This document shows, piece by piece, positions 62,301-64,000 of a stretch of 64,000 nt of DNA (the stretch's first letter is position 1; every line of letters starts with the position of its first letter). Where the stretch lies: contig NC_088858.1 in NCBI RefSeq assembly GCF_963853765.1, positions 40,424,001-40,488,000 of the forward strand. Direction: 5' to 3'. This DNA comes from Magallana gigas (taxonomy: Eukaryota). A model generated the notes under the pieces. The model was given only the letters and a program-made list of their open reading frames with translations. It searched no databases and had not been told where the DNA came from. A program made the position numbers and the translations under genes.

Positions 62301-63166
62301 ATCGAATTGCTGGTCTCCAGTCCGGTGTTGCCCCACCATTGAAGGAGGAGTCGCACTCTGAAAGAGTGGTCGAGCTAGAGAAACAGCTGGCGTCAGTCAC
62401 AGAAAAGAGAATACAGCATCTGGAGAGGTTAGAGGAACACCAGGTGGCCATGCAGGTAAGTGAATGCCTGGTCAGTACCTAATGTGTAGACTACTGTAAA
62501 TAACAACGTGATGTAAAGGTGAAATGTTCCAAAGTATAGAGGCTTGAAAATCATGTATTTAGCATTTCCAGAAGACATTACCTACGGTATATCTTAGTAG
62601 AATTGCAATTCAGAAAGAAGGTACTTGCATTTAACCCTTTGAGCATATAGTAAATGTAAGTGTAAAGTAATTTTGTCCTAATAATAGACAAGCTAATGTT
62701 GGCATACACTTGTACAATCAGGCACTTAAATTTTACTGTTTCAATAGATGTTTCTTATCAGACATGAAATGTTCCAATACCTTGCAAATGTTTCTACAGC
62801 TTATCAAAATTGAAATGATTTTATCAATTTCATAACTTTATAAAGCTGTAACAACTTAACCTGATATCAACTTTTATTCCACATTTAAGGCAAAGTTATT
62901 ATCACTATCAAGAACGCCCCAAAACAGAGGGGAAGTACCTCGGCCGAAATCTCCCACGATCCGCTCTCCTTCAAGGAGCCCCCCAGTGCAGAGAAAGAGA
63001 GAGTTTCCCCCAAGACCTATAACAAAGATGACCGTCCCAAAACCGGGCCACAGTGACTACAACCAGGAACTGTTCCAGGACCATCAATCTCCAGAGACCC
63101 CCAAACCACGGGGCAACCCCCCAAAACCACTGTCATTTGAATTCAAAAACAAGAAACAGCAATCAA
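59305..63166 (+). CDS. KIAA0586: TALPID3 / KIAA0586 homolog (centriole and cilia protein), 5' part; continues beyond the window
   Basis: Exons 59305-59372, 59723-60672, 60823-61094, 61323-61465, 61890-62064, 62273-62455, 62890-~63166. Hallmark AAVAASAASAAIAATQPFLK then coiled coil EKRIQHLERLEEHQ (human AAATAAAIATAAPLIK...QHIRHLEKLQQQQ). The first exon and the exon near 63284 are uncertain. Confidence 0.85.
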
Positions 63167-63513
63167 GTAATGGCATTTTCATTTACTTGTATTATACTTA
63201 CAATGAATTGCATGTATTCAGTCATTATGATATTTTATTGAATATATTTTTGGGAGTTGATTTTAATCAACTCTCCTATGCAGTTACTCAGGCAAACCAA
63301 AAGTGAAACAATGTTTGGAGCTAAGCACAAATCAACACCGCTGGCAACATTTAGTTCTAATCAACAAATTCGATGTAATGAGTTCTTAAGCATTGTCCTT
63401 CAAGGAAACTCATTTATAGATACCTTGTAAATAGTCAGATTTTAAATGGTACGAACAATTTAGATATTATTTGAAGTCGTACATTTTATGTATTCCTATG
63501 CCAGAGTCCAATA

Positions 63514-63627
63514 TAGTCTTGTTCAACCAGACGCTCGGCTGTCTCTGTAAATCTCCGACAAGCATAGAGTCTCTCTTGCTTGTTGGAGATGAACGGATAC
63601 AGCTGAGAGTCTGGTTGAATGAGAGTA
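63514..63627. mobile_element. Palindromic MITE of the 38560 family
   Basis: tagtcttgttcaaccagacgctcggctg / cagctgagagtctggttgaatgagagta; flanks GAGTCCAATA / GAGTTCAATT (8/10). Confidence 0.8.
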
Positions 63628-64000
63628 GAGTTCAATTTTGCTTGGATCCATACAATTTCTCATAACTATTTCAATTACTAAAACATAGTTTGATGGAATA
63701 ATTCTTTGAGTATTACACAACATGATTGATAGTGGATTTTCACGAAATTCCTGTAGGATTCATATTATAAAAATGTGCGTAATTCAAATACTTGTACGAA
63801 TTTACTTGCCATGCAAAATAACATATCGTTGATTTTAAAATAAATAACAATCAATAAAATCAACTCCCGTCAGTACTTCAGTACTATGATTAATCATGCA
63901 GTTGAAATTGCATGGTCATGGAAGAAAAGTTTCTAAGAAATGTCATGAAAAGAACATGAACTTTGGTGCCCTGGAAATTTACCATAGGATCTAAATTACC

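Noticed and set aside
63284-63374. Next TALPID3 exon
   Set aside because: Probably real, but donor and acceptor phase could not be resolved, so it was left out of the model.

Overview
AT-rich, intron-containing animal genomic DNA. The repeat families and gene sequences suggest a bivalve, probably an oyster (inference). I rebuilt eight spliced genes by hand with phase-consistent splice junctions: IkB/cactus (-), PIGH (+), GINS1/Psf1 (+), adenylosuccinate synthetase (-), a CRT-like (PfCRT/CLT family) transporter (-), mitochondrial acetyl-CoA synthetase ACSS1 (+), TIMM9 (-, absent from the ORF track) and the 5' part of TALPID3/KIAA0586 (+, runs off the window). Introns and spacers hold many small non-autonomous elements, several with clear target-site duplications (TSDs). 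Main observations: (1) an intact 404-bp miniature LTR retrotransposon whose LTRs each contain a tRNA-like Pol III module, with PBS, PPT and 4-bp TSD; (2) a CRT-like gene with lysosomal sorting motifs and a perfect CLEAR box in a promoter shared with ACSS1; (3) a minisatellite made of about 18 copies of an ACSS1 exon end plus splice donor; (4) a TIMM9-TALPID3 head-to-head pair as in human, in a window whose human orthologs map to 14q and 20p11; (5) kB/CRE/AP-1/octamer clusters at IkB. No rRNA, bona fide tRNA gene or CRISPR array was seen. All coordinates were read by hand and no database search was run.
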